DNA of 64,000 nt. It comes from an uncultured Candidatus Poseidoniales archaeon. Lineage in GTDB: Archaea; Thermoplasmatota; Poseidoniia; Poseidoniales; Poseidoniaceae. Positions 28,889 to 40,000 of this stretch are shown piece by piece. The notes below the pieces were generated by a model. The model worked only from the letters and a program-made list of their open reading frames with translations, did not search any database and was not told the origin of the DNA. The stretch's first letter is position 1. Each line of letters begins with the position of its first letter. Location of the stretch: NCBI GenBank assembly GCA_902625885.1, contig CACODE010000008.1, forward strand, positions 1,747 through 65,746. Reading direction: 5' to 3'. A program made the position numbers and the translations under genes.

Positions 28889-30268
28889 ATGACAGGAAAA
28901 GAATACAGAACCATTACCGACGTGAAAGGCCCGCTGGTCTTTTTGAACAAGACCGAACCCGTAGCGTTTGGTGAAATCGTAACCCTCCGTCTCTCCAACG
29001 GTGAAATCAAGAATGGACAAGTGCTTGACACCTCTGACGATCTCGTGATTGTTCAGGTGTTTGAAGGCACGGCCAAAATCAACCGAGACACGGGTGTCAC
29101 CTTCATGGGTGACGTGTTCAAGCTCCCTGTGAGCACCGACCTGGTCGGTCGCATTCTCGATGGTGCAGGTCGTCCCCGTGATGGCGGACCGGAAATCGTT
29201 GCTGACGAAAAGGCCGACATCATCGGTGCGGCCATCAACCCGTACAGCCGACAATCGCCTCACGATTTCATCCAAACGGGTATTTCCGCTATCGACTGCT
29301 GCACGACGCTGGTACGTGGGCAAAAACTGCCCATTTTCTCTGCATCGGGTTTGCCCCATAACGACATCGCTCTGCAAATCGCTCGACAGGCCAAACTCAA
29401 GGATTCCGATGAAGAGTTCATTGTGGTGTTCTGCGCCATGGGTATCACGGCTGAAGAATACAACTTCTTCCGTTCCGATTTGGAGCGCACGGGTGCTTTG
29501 GAAAACGCTGTGCTGTTCGTCAACCTCGCCGACGACCCGGCGGTCGAGCGAATCATCACTCCACGTCTCGCTTTGACGGCCGCAGAGTACCTGGCGTTCG
29601 AGAAAGACTACCACGTGCTGGTCATCTACACGGACATGACGAACTATTGCGATGCGCTGCGACAAATCGGCGCAGCTCGTGAAGAAGTTCCAGGACGACG
29701 TGGCTACCCGGGGTACATGTACACCGACCTGGCCATGCTCTACGAACGTGCAGGTATCGTGAAGGGCAAGAAAGGCTCCATCACGCAATTCCCGATCCTT
29801 ACCATGCCCGGGGACGACATCACACACCCGATTCCCGATTTGTCCGGATACATCACCGAAGGCCAGATTGTTATCAGTCGTGAATTGCACCAGCAGGGCA
29901 TTTACCCGCCGATCAACGTGCTGCCTTCCCTCTCTCGTCTGATGGGGTCCTGCATTGGTGAGAAAACCACCCGAGACGACCACAAGAAAGTCAGCGACCA
30001 GATGTACGCTGCCTATGCACAAGGTCGTGAGCTCCGTGGGCTGGTCGCCATCGTCGGTGAAGACGCATTGAACGAGCGTGATAAGCAACTTCTGGACTTT
30101 TCCGGCGTGTTTGAGGACCAATTCCTGCGACAATCTCGCGACGAGGACAGAACCATCGATGAAACCTTGGACTTGTGCTGGCAATTGATGGCCAACATCG
30201 ATACGAAGTACCTTGTTCGTCTTGATGAAGAACTCATCAAGAAGTATCATCCGGAAAACAGAGCGTGA
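28889..30268 (+). CDS. atpB: A-type ATP synthase subunit B
   Basis: [25 protein letters not shown] and PSLSRLM. Confidence 0.98.
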   Translation: MTGKEYRTITDVKGPLVFLNKTEPVAFGEIVTLRLSNGEIKNGQVLDTSDDLVIVQVFEGTAKINRDTGVTFMGDVFKLPVSTDLVGRILDGAGRPRDGGPEIVADEKADIIGAAINPYSRQSPHDFIQTGISAIDCCTTLVRGQKLPIFSASGLPHNDIALQIARQAKLKDSDEEFIVVFCAMGITAEEYNFFRSDLERTGALENAVLFVNLADDPAVERIITPRLALTAAEYLAFEKDYHVLVIYTDMTNYCDALRQIGAAREEVPGRRGYPGYMYTDLAMLYERAGIVKGKKGSITQFPILTMPGDDITHPIPDLSGYITEGQIVISRELHQQGIYPPINVLPSLSRLMGSCIGEKTTRDDHKKVSDQMYAAYAQGRELRGLVAIVGEDALNERDKQLLDFSGVFEDQFLRQSRDEDRTIDETLDLCWQLMANIDTKYLVRLDEELIKKYHPENRA

Positions 30269-30305
30269 ATTGTTCCCAAGACACAAAGCGAGGAGGTGAG
30301 AACGT

Positions 30306-30923
30306 ATGGCACTTGACATCAAGCCAACACGAAGCGAACTCATCAAGCTGAAAGGCCGCATCAAGCAAACAAAAAACGGCTACAAACTTCTCAAGATGAA
30401 GCGAGACGGGTTGTTTCACGAATTCCGCACGCTTCTCTCCGAGATGATCAAAGCCAAGCGAGATCTGACCGACGCTTACCGTCTGGCAAAAACGCGAATC
30501 GACCTCGCCAACGCCATTGAGGGAGGCCTCGCCGTTCGAGCGGCGGCCATCGCCAACTCGGCGCACCCGGAGGTCGAGGTCGAGCGGAGGAACATCATGG
30601 GTGTCGTGGTTCCAAGCGTAAGCGGTACCAACCTCAAGTCCACCTTTGCCGAGAGGGGTATCGGTTTTATCGGCTCTTCGCCCTACATCGATGAAGCCAG
30701 CGATTCCTTCAGCGAACTCATTGAAAAAATCGTCAAGGCCTCTGAAATGGAAGCCACACTGAAGCGCTTGCTGGCCGAAATCGAAGCGACGAAACGACGT
30801 GTCAACGCTCTCGAGTTCAAAGTCATCCCCGAATTGGAAGAAGCGAAAGTCTTCATTCAACTCCGATTGGAGGAAATGGAGCGCGAAGAAACGTTCCGTT
30901 TGAAGCGATTCAAGAACAAATGA
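30306..30923 (+). CDS. atpD: A-type ATP synthase subunit D
   Basis: PTRSELIKLK, TKRRVNALE and EREETFRLK. Confidence 0.97.
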   Translation: MALDIKPTRSELIKLKGRIKQTKNGYKLLKMKRDGLFHEFRTLLSEMIKAKRDLTDAYRLAKTRIDLANAIEGGLAVRAAAIANSAHPEVEVERRNIMGVVVPSVSGTNLKSTFAERGIGFIGSSPYIDEASDSFSELIEKIVKASEMEATLKRLLAEIEATKRRVNALEFKVIPELEEAKVFIQLRLEEMEREETFRLKRFKNK

Positions 30924-30990
30924 GGGCTGAACCTCTTCAACGAGGGATTCATGGAGGATGGGCCTCACGCCAAACCAAAGGGGGGAGCCC

Positions 30991-33522
30991 ATGGAAGACA
31001 CGCAAGCCAACATCGAAACGGGTTTGCCCCACCAAAAGAAGGCATGGTCTCAACATGACCTGCTTGAATCAGCGCTCGGAGAGTACCTCCATGTGATTCA
31101 GAAAAACGGGGGCCGATGGCCCTCATGGAAAGTTTCTCCGGCAAGCGACGACATCCACGACGACCTCGTTCGTTTGAACACCCACCTCGAAAGACTGGGT
31201 TGGATGGGGAAACTGACGCAGGAAGAAGAGTGGGTGGTCACCGTTTTCCCAGCGCCGGAACGGCAGTTTCCACAATCAAAAACCGTGCTGATGTTTTGGG
31301 TGTTGTCGTTTTTCACAATAACATTGGCTGGCGACCATTGGATGTCAAACGCACGTCCCTCGGGAGGATGGTTTCACGCATCCTCGCTGATTGATGCCCT
31401 CCTTGGTTTCACGCTCCCCATCATGTTGGTGTTGGTTGCCGCCTCGTACATCCAACGGCATGTCTCTTCTCGCTACGGGGTGCGCAGCGGGCACTTGATG
31501 CCGGTCCCTGATTTCACCATCGCTCTCTATGCGCTGGGTCTTTTTCCATCGTCCTGGCTTTTTTGGCCGTTTGGGCTGCTGTTGATTCCAACCATGCCTC
31601 GCATGGATGCTCGCCCATGGCCCAACAGAGCCTCCCTGGGCTTTACTGCACTCACCGTTCCGCTCGTGCTGGGTGTCTCGGGTGTCATTTTGATGGTTGC
31701 CGGGCTGCTCATGACACCCGAATACCTGCCTTCATCCCGTATGCCCTTGGCGTCCTATCCGCCCCTGTTCCTGTCTCTGTTTCTTGACCAGCTCATCGGC
31801 AACGATAGCTACGTTCGCCTGTTGTGGGCGAACCCATGGACTCACGCTGGCGGTATGTTGATGCTCTTTGCATGGGTTTCCGTTTTGCCGATTCCGACCT
31901 TCCCCGGCGGCAGGTTGTTGATCGCTCGAATCGGCCTTATCGATGCGCGAAGTTCCGGAACGCAGAGTTTGATCATGGTTACGCTCTTGTTTTGCGCTTA
32001 CGTGTTTGGCGTCTTCGAACAATTTTCATTGTGGTTCCTGATTTTCGCCTTGCTCCTCCCGCTCTTGTTTTTCTTCGGCAACGATTTGCGAATCCCGCTT
32101 ATCCTTGACGAAACCGAGGGTTTGAGCGAAGCCGATCACGGTCGGATGGGTCTGCTTCTCCTGCTCGTGTTTTTGTTCCTTCTTCCAGCGGCGCAACCGG
32201 TTCTCCACGAAACCACTTGGGACGACCCAATGACGCACGAGTTGAAGTCCCCTTCTTTCGCTGAGGAAAAAGAGGACGGCACATGGCTCTCCACCACGAA
32301 AATCCAAATCACCAACCCTTCGGCCTTGATGAAGCCCTTTGCCATCGCTGCTTTCCTTGAAAACCCCAACGAAGGGTGGTCCATTTCGTGGGACTGTGAC
32401 GGCGAAGACACCTACAACCTTGGCGGCCAAGGGTGCGGCTCGGATTTGCTACCAAAGCGCACGGCTTTCTTTTGGATGAACCTCACTTGGGACAAGGCCA
32501 CCAAACCCACCATGGCCAACCTGAGCTACGTTGTGGAGATGAACGGCGACTACGTTGTCGAAGCCTTCGCGGTCCGCCCGGCCCTCGAAATCGTCCCCGG
32601 TACGCAGTGGTACGATGTTCAGGCTGGCTCTTACACGCACAGGTGCGTGGACCTTGACGGGAGTTTGATCGATTCGCCGTGGCTGAACCTCAGCGTGAGC
32701 GGCTCAAACCTTGATGGGCTTCAAACAACTCTGGTCAACATCGCTGGTCAAAGCGGTTTGAACACCAACCTCAGCAGTGTACCGGATCGGTTTTGCCTTG
32801 AGGGCCTCGACCCGCTCGTTTTCGAACCCCAAATGGCCACCCTCACCATCAACAACGATACCTTTGCGCCGTTGTTGCCTCAGAAGCGGCCTTTGACGGC
32901 CTACGTCCCGGAAAACGGGTGGGTTATCCACGGGGAGGACGGTTTCTCATGGGAAGCTTTGCTCGGTACGGGCATCTTGTTGTTGGAAGCTCCCCATTGC
33001 CCCATCAACGCCAGCATCGCCATGCCCGTCCGTCCAAAGGGTGGGGGCGATTGGAAGTGGGACATGAACGTGCGAACCTTGGGAGAGACGCCCAGCGTTG
33101 TAGGTGACGAGGTACTTACACTTCTTGTTCCACCCGGCAAAAATCTGTCGCGTTGCGACGGGACATACAACCCCTATCCATCGACGGTTTTCACTTCTGT
33201 CGAGGGACCAGAACTGCTGACCACCTGGATGAACACCACCTCGCGTTTCTGGACAACACCGTGGGCCATCGCCACGAACGGGACTTCCCTCAACACCAAC
33301 ATGACCTCGTTTACGATTCACAATCCGAGCAACGTCAGCGTCCCAATCCGACTTGAGCGCGGGGGAAGTTTCGGCGACGATTGGGCGCACAATTGGGATG
33401 GCGGCCCCCTCGCTCCGGGCGATACAGTGTTTGAGTTGACGCCACCAAACGCTCCCTTGGCGACAATGTACATTTCGTTTGAATCCGGCTCGGTTGTGCT
33501 TCACTTGGCGAGCTACCAATGA
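30991..33522 (+). CDS. Site-2 protease (M50)-like membrane protein, apparently inactive, with large extracellular C-terminal region
   Basis: The TM layout, 'NPWTHAGG' and 'VLPIPTFPGGRL' resemble archaeal M50 proteins, but HExxH is absent. Confidence 0.6.
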   Translation: MEDTQANIETGLPHQKKAWSQHDLLESALGEYLHVIQKNGGRWPSWKVSPASDDIHDDLVRLNTHLERLGWMGKLTQEEEWVVTVFPAPERQFPQSKTVLMFWVLSFFTITLAGDHWMSNARPSGGWFHASSLIDALLGFTLPIMLVLVAASYIQRHVSSRYGVRSGHLMPVPDFTIALYALGLFPSSWLFWPFGLLLIPTMPRMDARPWPNRASLGFTALTVPLVLGVSGVILMVAGLLMTPEYLPSSRMPLASYPPLFLSLFLDQLIGNDSYVRLLWANPWTHAGGMLMLFAWVSVLPIPTFPGGRLLIARIGLIDARSSGTQSLIMVTLLFCAYVFGVFEQFSLWFLIFALLLPLLFFFGNDLRIPLILDETEGLSEADHGRMGLLLLLVFLFLLPAAQPVLHETTWDDPMTHELKSPSFAEEKEDGTWLSTTKIQITNPSALMKPFAIAAFLENPNEGWSISWDCDGEDTYNLGGQGCGSDLLPKRTAFFWMNLTWDKATKPTMANLSYVVEMNGDYVVEAFAVRPALEIVPGTQWYDVQAGSYTHRCVDLDGSLIDSPWLNLSVSGSNLDGLQTTLVNIAGQSGLNTNLSSVPDRFCLEGLDPLVFEPQMATLTINNDTFAPLLPQKRPLTAYVPENGWVIHGEDGFSWEALLGTGILLLEAPHCPINASIAMPVRPKGGGDWKWDMNVRTLGETPSVVGDEVLTLLVPPGKNLSRCDGTYNPYPSTVFTSVEGPELLTTWMNTTSRFWTTPWAIATNGTSLNTNMTSFTIHNPSNVSVPIRLERGGSFGDDWAHNWDGGPLAPGDTVFELTPPNAPLATMYISFESGSVVLHLASYQ

Positions 33523-33531
33523 GGTGAAAGC

Positions 33532-34461
33532 ATGCGAATTTCAATTCTCGGCGTGGGGTCGATGGGCAGCGTGGTCGCTGCTTCTCTGGCTCCAACCGAT
33601 GCCGAGGTTCATCTTCATGTTCGCGGTGAAAGCGGCGCCGCACGAATGCTTGAAGGACTCAGGATTCGAGGTGAAAAGAGCATCCGGGTTGAACCAACCC
33701 GATTCATGTTCTCTTGCGAAGAAATGCCTGCTGAGGACCGTTTGACCCACGGCTCCGACATCGTGCTTTTGGCTTGCAAATCGTATGACGTCGCCGACCT
33801 TGCAAAGAAAGCGGCCGCCTTCCTGAAACCAGATGGTTTGGTCATGGCCCTCTCAAACGGACTGGGCCATGTAGAAACATTGTGCCGGATTCATGGCCCT
33901 GAGCGCGTGGTGGCCATGATCACGACTCACGGGGCGTATTCTCAAGAAGACGGTGGCGTGGTCTGGGCCGGTCAAGGTGAGATTGGGATGGCCTCACCGC
34001 CGCTTGGTCCTTCACCGGCCAGGATGGAGGGTTTGGTGGTCCTTTTCGAGGAGGCCAACTTGAATCCGAAGCTTCACGAAAACGCTTCTGAGTTGGTTTG
34101 GGAAAAGGTCCTGCTCAACCTCGCCATCAACCCAATCGCGGCGTTAGCCGGTCTGAAAAACGGTGAACTCCTCGCCAGCGAACTTTTCAACGCTTCAATG
34201 ATGGTGTACAGAGAAGCGGTTCTTGTGGCCAAGATGAGAGGGCTTTCGCTCTCCGATGAATTCACGTTTGAAACCCGGTTGCGCACGGTTTTGGAAAAGA
34301 CCGGTGAGAACACGTGCAGCATGCTTCAGGACGTGAAGGCAGGTAGGACAACCGAAATTGGTGCTCTCAATCAGGTGATTGTGGAGATGGCCGAGTCGTC
34401 AGGCATCGCCGTACCGGTCAACCAGATGCTGACGGCTCTGGTTCGCGCTTGTCATCCGTGA
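33532..34461 (+). CDS. panE: 2-dehydropantoate 2-reductase
   Basis: GVGSMG, ACKSYD, SNGLGH, WEKVLLNLAINP and SMLQDVKAGRTTEI. Confidence 0.93.
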   Translation: MRISILGVGSMGSVVAASLAPTDAEVHLHVRGESGAARMLEGLRIRGEKSIRVEPTRFMFSCEEMPAEDRLTHGSDIVLLACKSYDVADLAKKAAAFLKPDGLVMALSNGLGHVETLCRIHGPERVVAMITTHGAYSQEDGGVVWAGQGEIGMASPPLGPSPARMEGLVVLFEEANLNPKLHENASELVWEKVLLNLAINPIAALAGLKNGELLASELFNASMMVYREAVLVAKMRGLSLSDEFTFETRLRTVLEKTGENTCSMLQDVKAGRTTEIGALNQVIVEMAESSGIAVPVNQMLTALVRACHP

Positions 34462-36073
34462 TGAGGTCCACGTTGTAGTGCAAACCTCTGTTCTCCGACT
34501 GGCTGAGGGCGTTCTCGACGACCAGTTGCCCGATAAGGCACAGGTTTCGCAACTCAACGATTTCTCTTGTTGGCACGGACGTCTTCCACATCATTTCCAC
34601 ATCGGACTGCAACAGATCGACCCGTCGTTTGGCTCGTTTGAGTCGTTGATTTGAGCGAACGATGCCCACTTCCTCGGACATGGTCCTCACCAAACTTGTC
34701 CTGTCGTTGATGATAGGCCCGTGCTCTCGCAGTGCATCCAGCCCTTCCGAGCGCCATGCGGGATGGTTTCCTTCGTAGGTATTTGGCGGGTTGAGAATGA
34801 GGTGTTGAGCCACACGCTCGGCGAAAACAACCGCCTCAAGAAGGCTGTTGGACGCCAAACGGTTGGCGCCGTGCATGCCCGTACAAGCCACTTCGCCTAT
34901 GGCATAGAGATGAGGCACAGGGCTTTCGGTGTCGCGGAGGAAGGCACGACCGATGTTGTCAACACGGACACCGCCCACCATGTAGTGGGCGGCAGGGACC
35001 ACCGGTATCGGGTCTTTTCCAAGAACCAAACCTTCTTGCTCAAGCCTACGAGAGATGTTTGGGAATTTCTTGCTGAACGGGAGGTCGAGATGCGAAGTGA
35101 TGAGGTAAACGCACGACGTTCCGTGTTTTTTCATCTGCTGGTCAATGGCACGAGCCACGATGTCTCTGGTGGCCAACGAGCCATCTGGTGTGTACCGCAA
35201 CGTGAAGGAGTAAGGGTTTGGCGAGGGAGGTTCTTCATCGGCAGATTTGGCATCTTCACAGGCCGCTTTCCACGCCTCCAAACCAAGGTCGTCCAACAAA
35301 ACGGCACCGACGCCCCGCACCGCCTCAGAGATCAAGAACGGGCGCTCCGCAGGTGAGAAAAGGGCGGTTGGGTGGAACTGAATGAACGCCATATTTTTGA
35401 TGCAGGCGCCTGTTCTATAGGCCATGGCCAAACCGTCGCCGGTAGCCACGCTTGGGTTGGTCGTTTCCTTCCAAAGTTGCCCAACACCACCCGTCGCCAA
35501 AATCACGGCGTCGGCTTCCAACGTCAACACCTCTTGTGTGTCCTGGTCCAGGCACCAAACCCCCGCTACCCCTTGCGACGGTTGACCATGACGCCGCTGA
35601 ATCAAATCGATGGCAAGCGTGTTGGGTTTCATGGCAATGTTGGCGTGGCTGTCGGCGTAGGACGTCAAGGCTCGCTCGATCTCTCTGCCCGTGGCGTCCT
35701 TGGCGTGCAAGATGCGTTCCGTGGAATGCCCCCCCTCTCTGATCAGAGCATACGTGCCGTCTTTGTGTTTTTCAAACTCAACACCGATGTTGATGAGGTC
35801 AACGATGCGCTCGCCGGCTTCGGAAATGATTGAACGGACCACGTCCTCATCGCATGCACCATCGCCAGATTTCAGGGTGTCTTGGACATGAGATTCCATG
35901 CCGTCTTCGTTTGTTTTGTCCAGAATTGCTGCGATACCGCCCTGTGCCCAGTTGGTTGAGGAGTCCTTGGGCCGTTGCTTGGTCACGACGGTGACCTCGT
36001 GCCCGGCATCGGCGAGTTTGCACGCCGTGAACAAGCCCGCAATGCCGCTGCCGATGATGACGACATGTGCCAT
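34418..36073 (-). CDS. nadB: L-aspartate oxidase
   Basis: GSGIAGL, STNWAQGGIA, EGGHSTERILH, QFHPT, GMHGANRLASNSLLE and NRGLHY. Confidence 0.94.
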   Translation of the reverse strand: MAHVVIIGSGIAGLFTACKLADAGHEVTVVTKQRPKDSSTNWAQGGIAAILDKTNEDGMESHVQDTLKSGDGACDEDVVRSIISEAGERIVDLINIGVEFEKHKDGTYALIREGGHSTERILHAKDATGREIERALTSYADSHANIAMKPNTLAIDLIQRRHGQPSQGVAGVWCLDQDTQEVLTLEADAVILATGGVGQLWKETTNPSVATGDGLAMAYRTGACIKNMAFIQFHPTALFSPAERPFLISEAVRGVGAVLLDDLGLEAWKAACEDAKSADEEPPSPNPYSFTLRYTPDGSLATRDIVARAIDQQMKKHGTSCVYLITSHLDLPFSKKFPNISRRLEQEGLVLGKDPIPVVPAAHYMVGGVRVDNIGRAFLRDTESPVPHLYAIGEVACTGMHGANRLASNSLLEAVVFAERVAQHLILNPPNTYEGNHPAWRSEGLDALREHGPIINDRTSLVRTMSEEVGIVRSNQRLKRAKRRVDLLQSDVEMMWKTSVPTREIVELRNLCLIGQLVVENALSQSENRGLHYNVDLITDDKREPEPSASG

Positions 36074-36197
36074 TGTTCATCCCTGCCTCAACTTGCCCTC
36101 GTCCTCCCCCTTCTTGACCATGATGGAGGCGGAGCAGAATTCATCGGCTCGCAATGCCTATCAATCAGCGTCCGTTAGGCCACTTGGGGACCATAGA

Positions 36198-36965
36198 ATG
36201 CTTGGATTATCGCTGAGGAAAATCTTGACCCTCTTCGGCGGGGCCCTGATGCTCTTCGTGTTCTTCAACGTTCAATTCGGTAGCGTGGCTCCTTTGGTCA
36301 TTGACGGTGCAGAAGGTTACAAACTTGACGCATTGTTGATGTTCGAACCGAGTTGTTCTTTCGACCTTGTCGAGGAGGAATTGCGGGCGAGTGGGACGTC
36401 GTATTGCTTGGGTGAAGTTGGGCAGTGGTCCGGTGCTGATGTGCTGATGCTGATGGAAGGCCTGTTTTTGTTTGTTTACGGATTTGAGCTGCCCCAAAAC
36501 AAGGGCTGGGCACGCCGCTTGCGAAAAATTGGGTTCATCATGGGGGCGACGCTGTGTTCGTTGGCTCTCCTTGACAGGTTTTCGTTGCTCCCTTCCTCGG
36601 CAAGCTCGGAAGGTTTGGCAACCTTGTTTCCTTTTCCGGTCCAGCCGTGGGTGGTACAGATCATGTTTGCCGTGTTCGGCGTCATCATGATGCGCGGGCC
36701 AAAATATTGGGAGGCGGAAGCGGTAGAGCAAACCCGAGATAAACTTGAACGGCGACGGCAAAAAGCCGGCGATTTTCGCTCTTCGTTCTTTGACAAATCC
36801 AAGCACAACGATAACGCTCTCGATCGGGTCGAACGGTCCCGATTTTTGCGGGCCGACAAGGACCTCACCATGTCCCGCAGACGTAGCAAATTGCTCGTGA
36901 TGGCGACCTGTCCGTACTGCCAAGGCGGTGGTTGCAAAAAGTGCAACAATGCAGGCGTGTTTTGA
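36198..36965 (+). CDS. Membrane protein with C-terminal CxxCxGxG zinc finger
   Basis: About 4 TM segments, a basic tail, and CPYCQGGGCKKCNNAG. Start chosen to avoid overlap with nadB. Confidence 0.7.
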   Translation: MLGLSLRKILTLFGGALMLFVFFNVQFGSVAPLVIDGAEGYKLDALLMFEPSCSFDLVEEELRASGTSYCLGEVGQWSGADVLMLMEGLFLFVYGFELPQNKGWARRLRKIGFIMGATLCSLALLDRFSLLPSSASSEGLATLFPFPVQPWVVQIMFAVFGVIMMRGPKYWEAEAVEQTRDKLERRRQKAGDFRSSFFDKSKHNDNALDRVERSRFLRADKDLTMSRRRSKLLVMATCPYCQGGGCKKCNNAGVF

Positions 36966-37099
36966 GACCTCTCGGCATTTCCTTTTCCCCTACGAAAACC
37001 GAGGCACTGAGGCTTGTTTCTTCGGATTGTTTAAAACCTGTAAAGAGCGGGTCTGGTGAAAGTGATGAGAACAAAGTTCCATCACACGAGGGAAAAGGG

Positions 37100-40000
37100 A
37101 TGTACCTAAAGTCACTTGAAGTGCTGAATTTCAAATCGTTCAAAGGTGAAGTTACCGTACCGCTCGACCGAGGATTCACCGCCATAACCGGGCCAAACGG
37201 CTCAGGAAAATCCAACTGTGGGGACGCCATTCAATTCGTTTTAGGGCCCAAATCAAATCGAGTGATACGTGCTCAGAACTCAACGGATTTGATTTTCAAC
37301 GGTGGAAAAAACTCGAAACCGGCCAGAAATTGTTCCGTAACGCTTGTTTTCGCCAACCCCGTGATGAGCAACGGTCGACGGCGATTGCCCCTTGACAAAG
37401 AAGAGATTCGGATGTCCAGGAGCATCCGATTGACGTCCTCGAACAACCCGGTGACCACCTACAAACTCAATGGAGAAGACAGTACACAGAAGGTATTTCA
37501 TCGCTTGCTCGGCGCCGCCAATGCCCGTCCCGACGGTTACAACATCGTCCTTCAGGGTGACGTGACGAGCCTCGCCAAAATGACGGCGAACGAGCGACGA
37601 AAAGTGCTTGACAACGTGGCCGGCGTGACCTCCTACGACGATGAAATTCGAAAGGCTGGCAAGCAAAAGGACATGGTTGAGAACTACCTCGATCGCATTG
37701 GACTGCTCGAAAAAGAGCAACTTGAACGGCTCTCGACTTTGGCCAAAGAACGCCACGTTGCGCAAAAGGCGAAAGAGGTGACCGACGCCATACAGACCAC
37801 CAACGCCATGTTGCTCCAATCTCGCTATGTGACGCTGAAAAACGAGTTGGCCTTCCACGTCGACGAGCGACAAAAATACCTTGATGGGAGCGACCGTCTG
37901 TTGGACGAACACAAGGCCACCGAAAAGGAACTGCTTGTTTTGGACGACAAAATCGCAGAGATTCAAGAAGAAATCAACCGATTGACTGGAGGCGAGACAT
38001 CGGAACTTGGACGGGCCATACGTGACCTTCAGGTCGCCATTGAACTCAACAACGATCGGCTTGCTGAGGCCGCAAAAGACGAAGAGAAAGAAGCGGAAGA
38101 AACCGAGTTGACCGAGCAGCAACTCGCCGATGCTCGTGAAGAACTTCAGGCGTTCGTCGTGAGTTTGGAAACCGCCAACGAAGCCCTTCTCGAAGCGCAG
38201 GGGCAACTCCAAGAGGCTCAGGACGAGGAAGCTAGGATTCGCGAAGCCTTGGCGACGGCTGGCCAGCAAAATCAACAACTGAGCGAAGCCGTTGAGGCTG
38301 CAGAACACCACCGGGAACGGCAAGAAACACATCGCAGGGATGCACAATCGGAAGTTGACAAGTTGGCGGTAGAAGCCGACTTGGTGAGCGAACAAATGGC
38401 CAATGCTCAACAAGAAGCCGAGGCAATTCGGCTCGCCCTTGGCGAGCTCGACATTCGTTTGCAAGAACTCAAGGAAGATGCCCCAGAGTACGATCGTGAA
38501 GCCCTCGCCAAGCAATTAAACGACGCACAGCGCGCTGAATCACAGCTGACCGAGGACCGAACGAGAATCGAGGTCCGTCTTCGTGAAGCCGAGCGAGCGC
38601 TGACCCTCGCCAAAGCCGAAATGGAGCAAAAATCAGGAGCGAAGGGCCTTGCTGGTGGCGCCAGTGCTGTTTTGGGTGCCCGGGACAGTCAGGAGTTGAA
38701 CGGCATCATCGGCACCGTCGCTGAGCTTTGTGCCCCCAAAGATGCAGAACACGAGGTGGCTTTGGCCACGGCCATCGGCGCTGGCATGGCTTCCGTGGTT
38801 GTTGAGACGGACCAAGACGCCGCCAACGCCATCAGGTGGCTGGCGGAGAACCGAGCAGGCCGGGCAACCTTCCTGCCGCTTAATCGGTTGAGCACCTCAA
38901 GAGCCGGTGGAAAAACCGTTATGACCGCCCGAAAAGAAGGCGTTCTTGGGTTTGCTCACGAGATGTTGGATTACGACCCTCGCATCGATGTCGCTGTTAA
39001 GTTCGCCCTGCGAAACACCTTGATCGTTCAAAACCTCAACATCGCCCGTCAGTACATGGGCGGTACCAGATTTGTGACCCTTCGGGGAGACGTTATCGAA
39101 TCAGGAGGCGCCATGGTTGGCGGTTCCAAGCGCAAAATGAGCATCTCCTTCGGAGGAAGGATCCAAGGGGCCACGGAAGTCGAAAAATACACTGCAGAGG
39201 TTGCGAAATATCAACTGATGGAGCAGACGGTGAACGAAGCGCTGCGCGAAGCGAGGTCCAATCAACAAGAACTGCGCAACAAGATCAACGCCATGGTTGA
39301 CGATTCCTATGCTACGTCGTTGCGGGATGTCAACGCTGAAAAGAAGCAGGTAGGTCAAGCGCACAAAAAAGCCGTCGAGGTTGTCGCAGGTTTGAACGAC
39401 AAACTTGACGAAATCCGCCTAAGCGCTCAGGAGTCGTTGAGGGCGCTTGATGCGGCAGACCGTGTACTCGCTGAGGCCAATCAGGCGTTTGAGGCCGCTA
39501 AAGAAGCCCTTGAAGCCGCCAGTCCCGAGCACCTGAAGGAGCGCATGCACGCCGCTGACTTGTTGCGCGTGAGCGCTACCGGGGCGAAGGAAAAAGCGCA
39601 GGAGATTCTTAACAGCGGTGCAGGGCAAAAGGCCCTCCTTCAGCGACGGGTTGATGAAACCGAGCGTCGCCTTTCTGACCTTCAAGACAACAAAGAGAAG
39701 CGCATTGAACGCATTGACGAACTCGAAGCCACGCTGGCAACGGACAGGATCGCTCTCAAGGAAAAGAAAGACGAGCAGGCGGTTTACCTTGAGGAGAACC
39801 AGGGGTTGGAACAGGAGCGGCAGGAACTCACCGACCAGCGCGCCACCCTGCGCGTGAGAAATGAAGAACGGCTCGAGAAAGCCCAGAATCACCGCCGAAT
39901 GGCGCAGGAATTGATGCGGACGATTTCTGAAAAAGAAGCCGAGGTTCAACTGATGGGGCAAGAGTTGATCGATGCGAACCTTTCGCTCAATCAGTTGCCT

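Noticed and set aside
28829-30364. 511-aa antisense ORF over atpB (also 37280-38515 over smc, 25115-26085 over atpE/C, and many others)
   Set aside because: Shadow ORFs opposite strongly conserved genes, explained by codon bias; no recognisable motifs.
30928-30951. Hairpin after atpD as a terminator
   Set aside because: Imperfect short stem with no U-tract; too weak to call.
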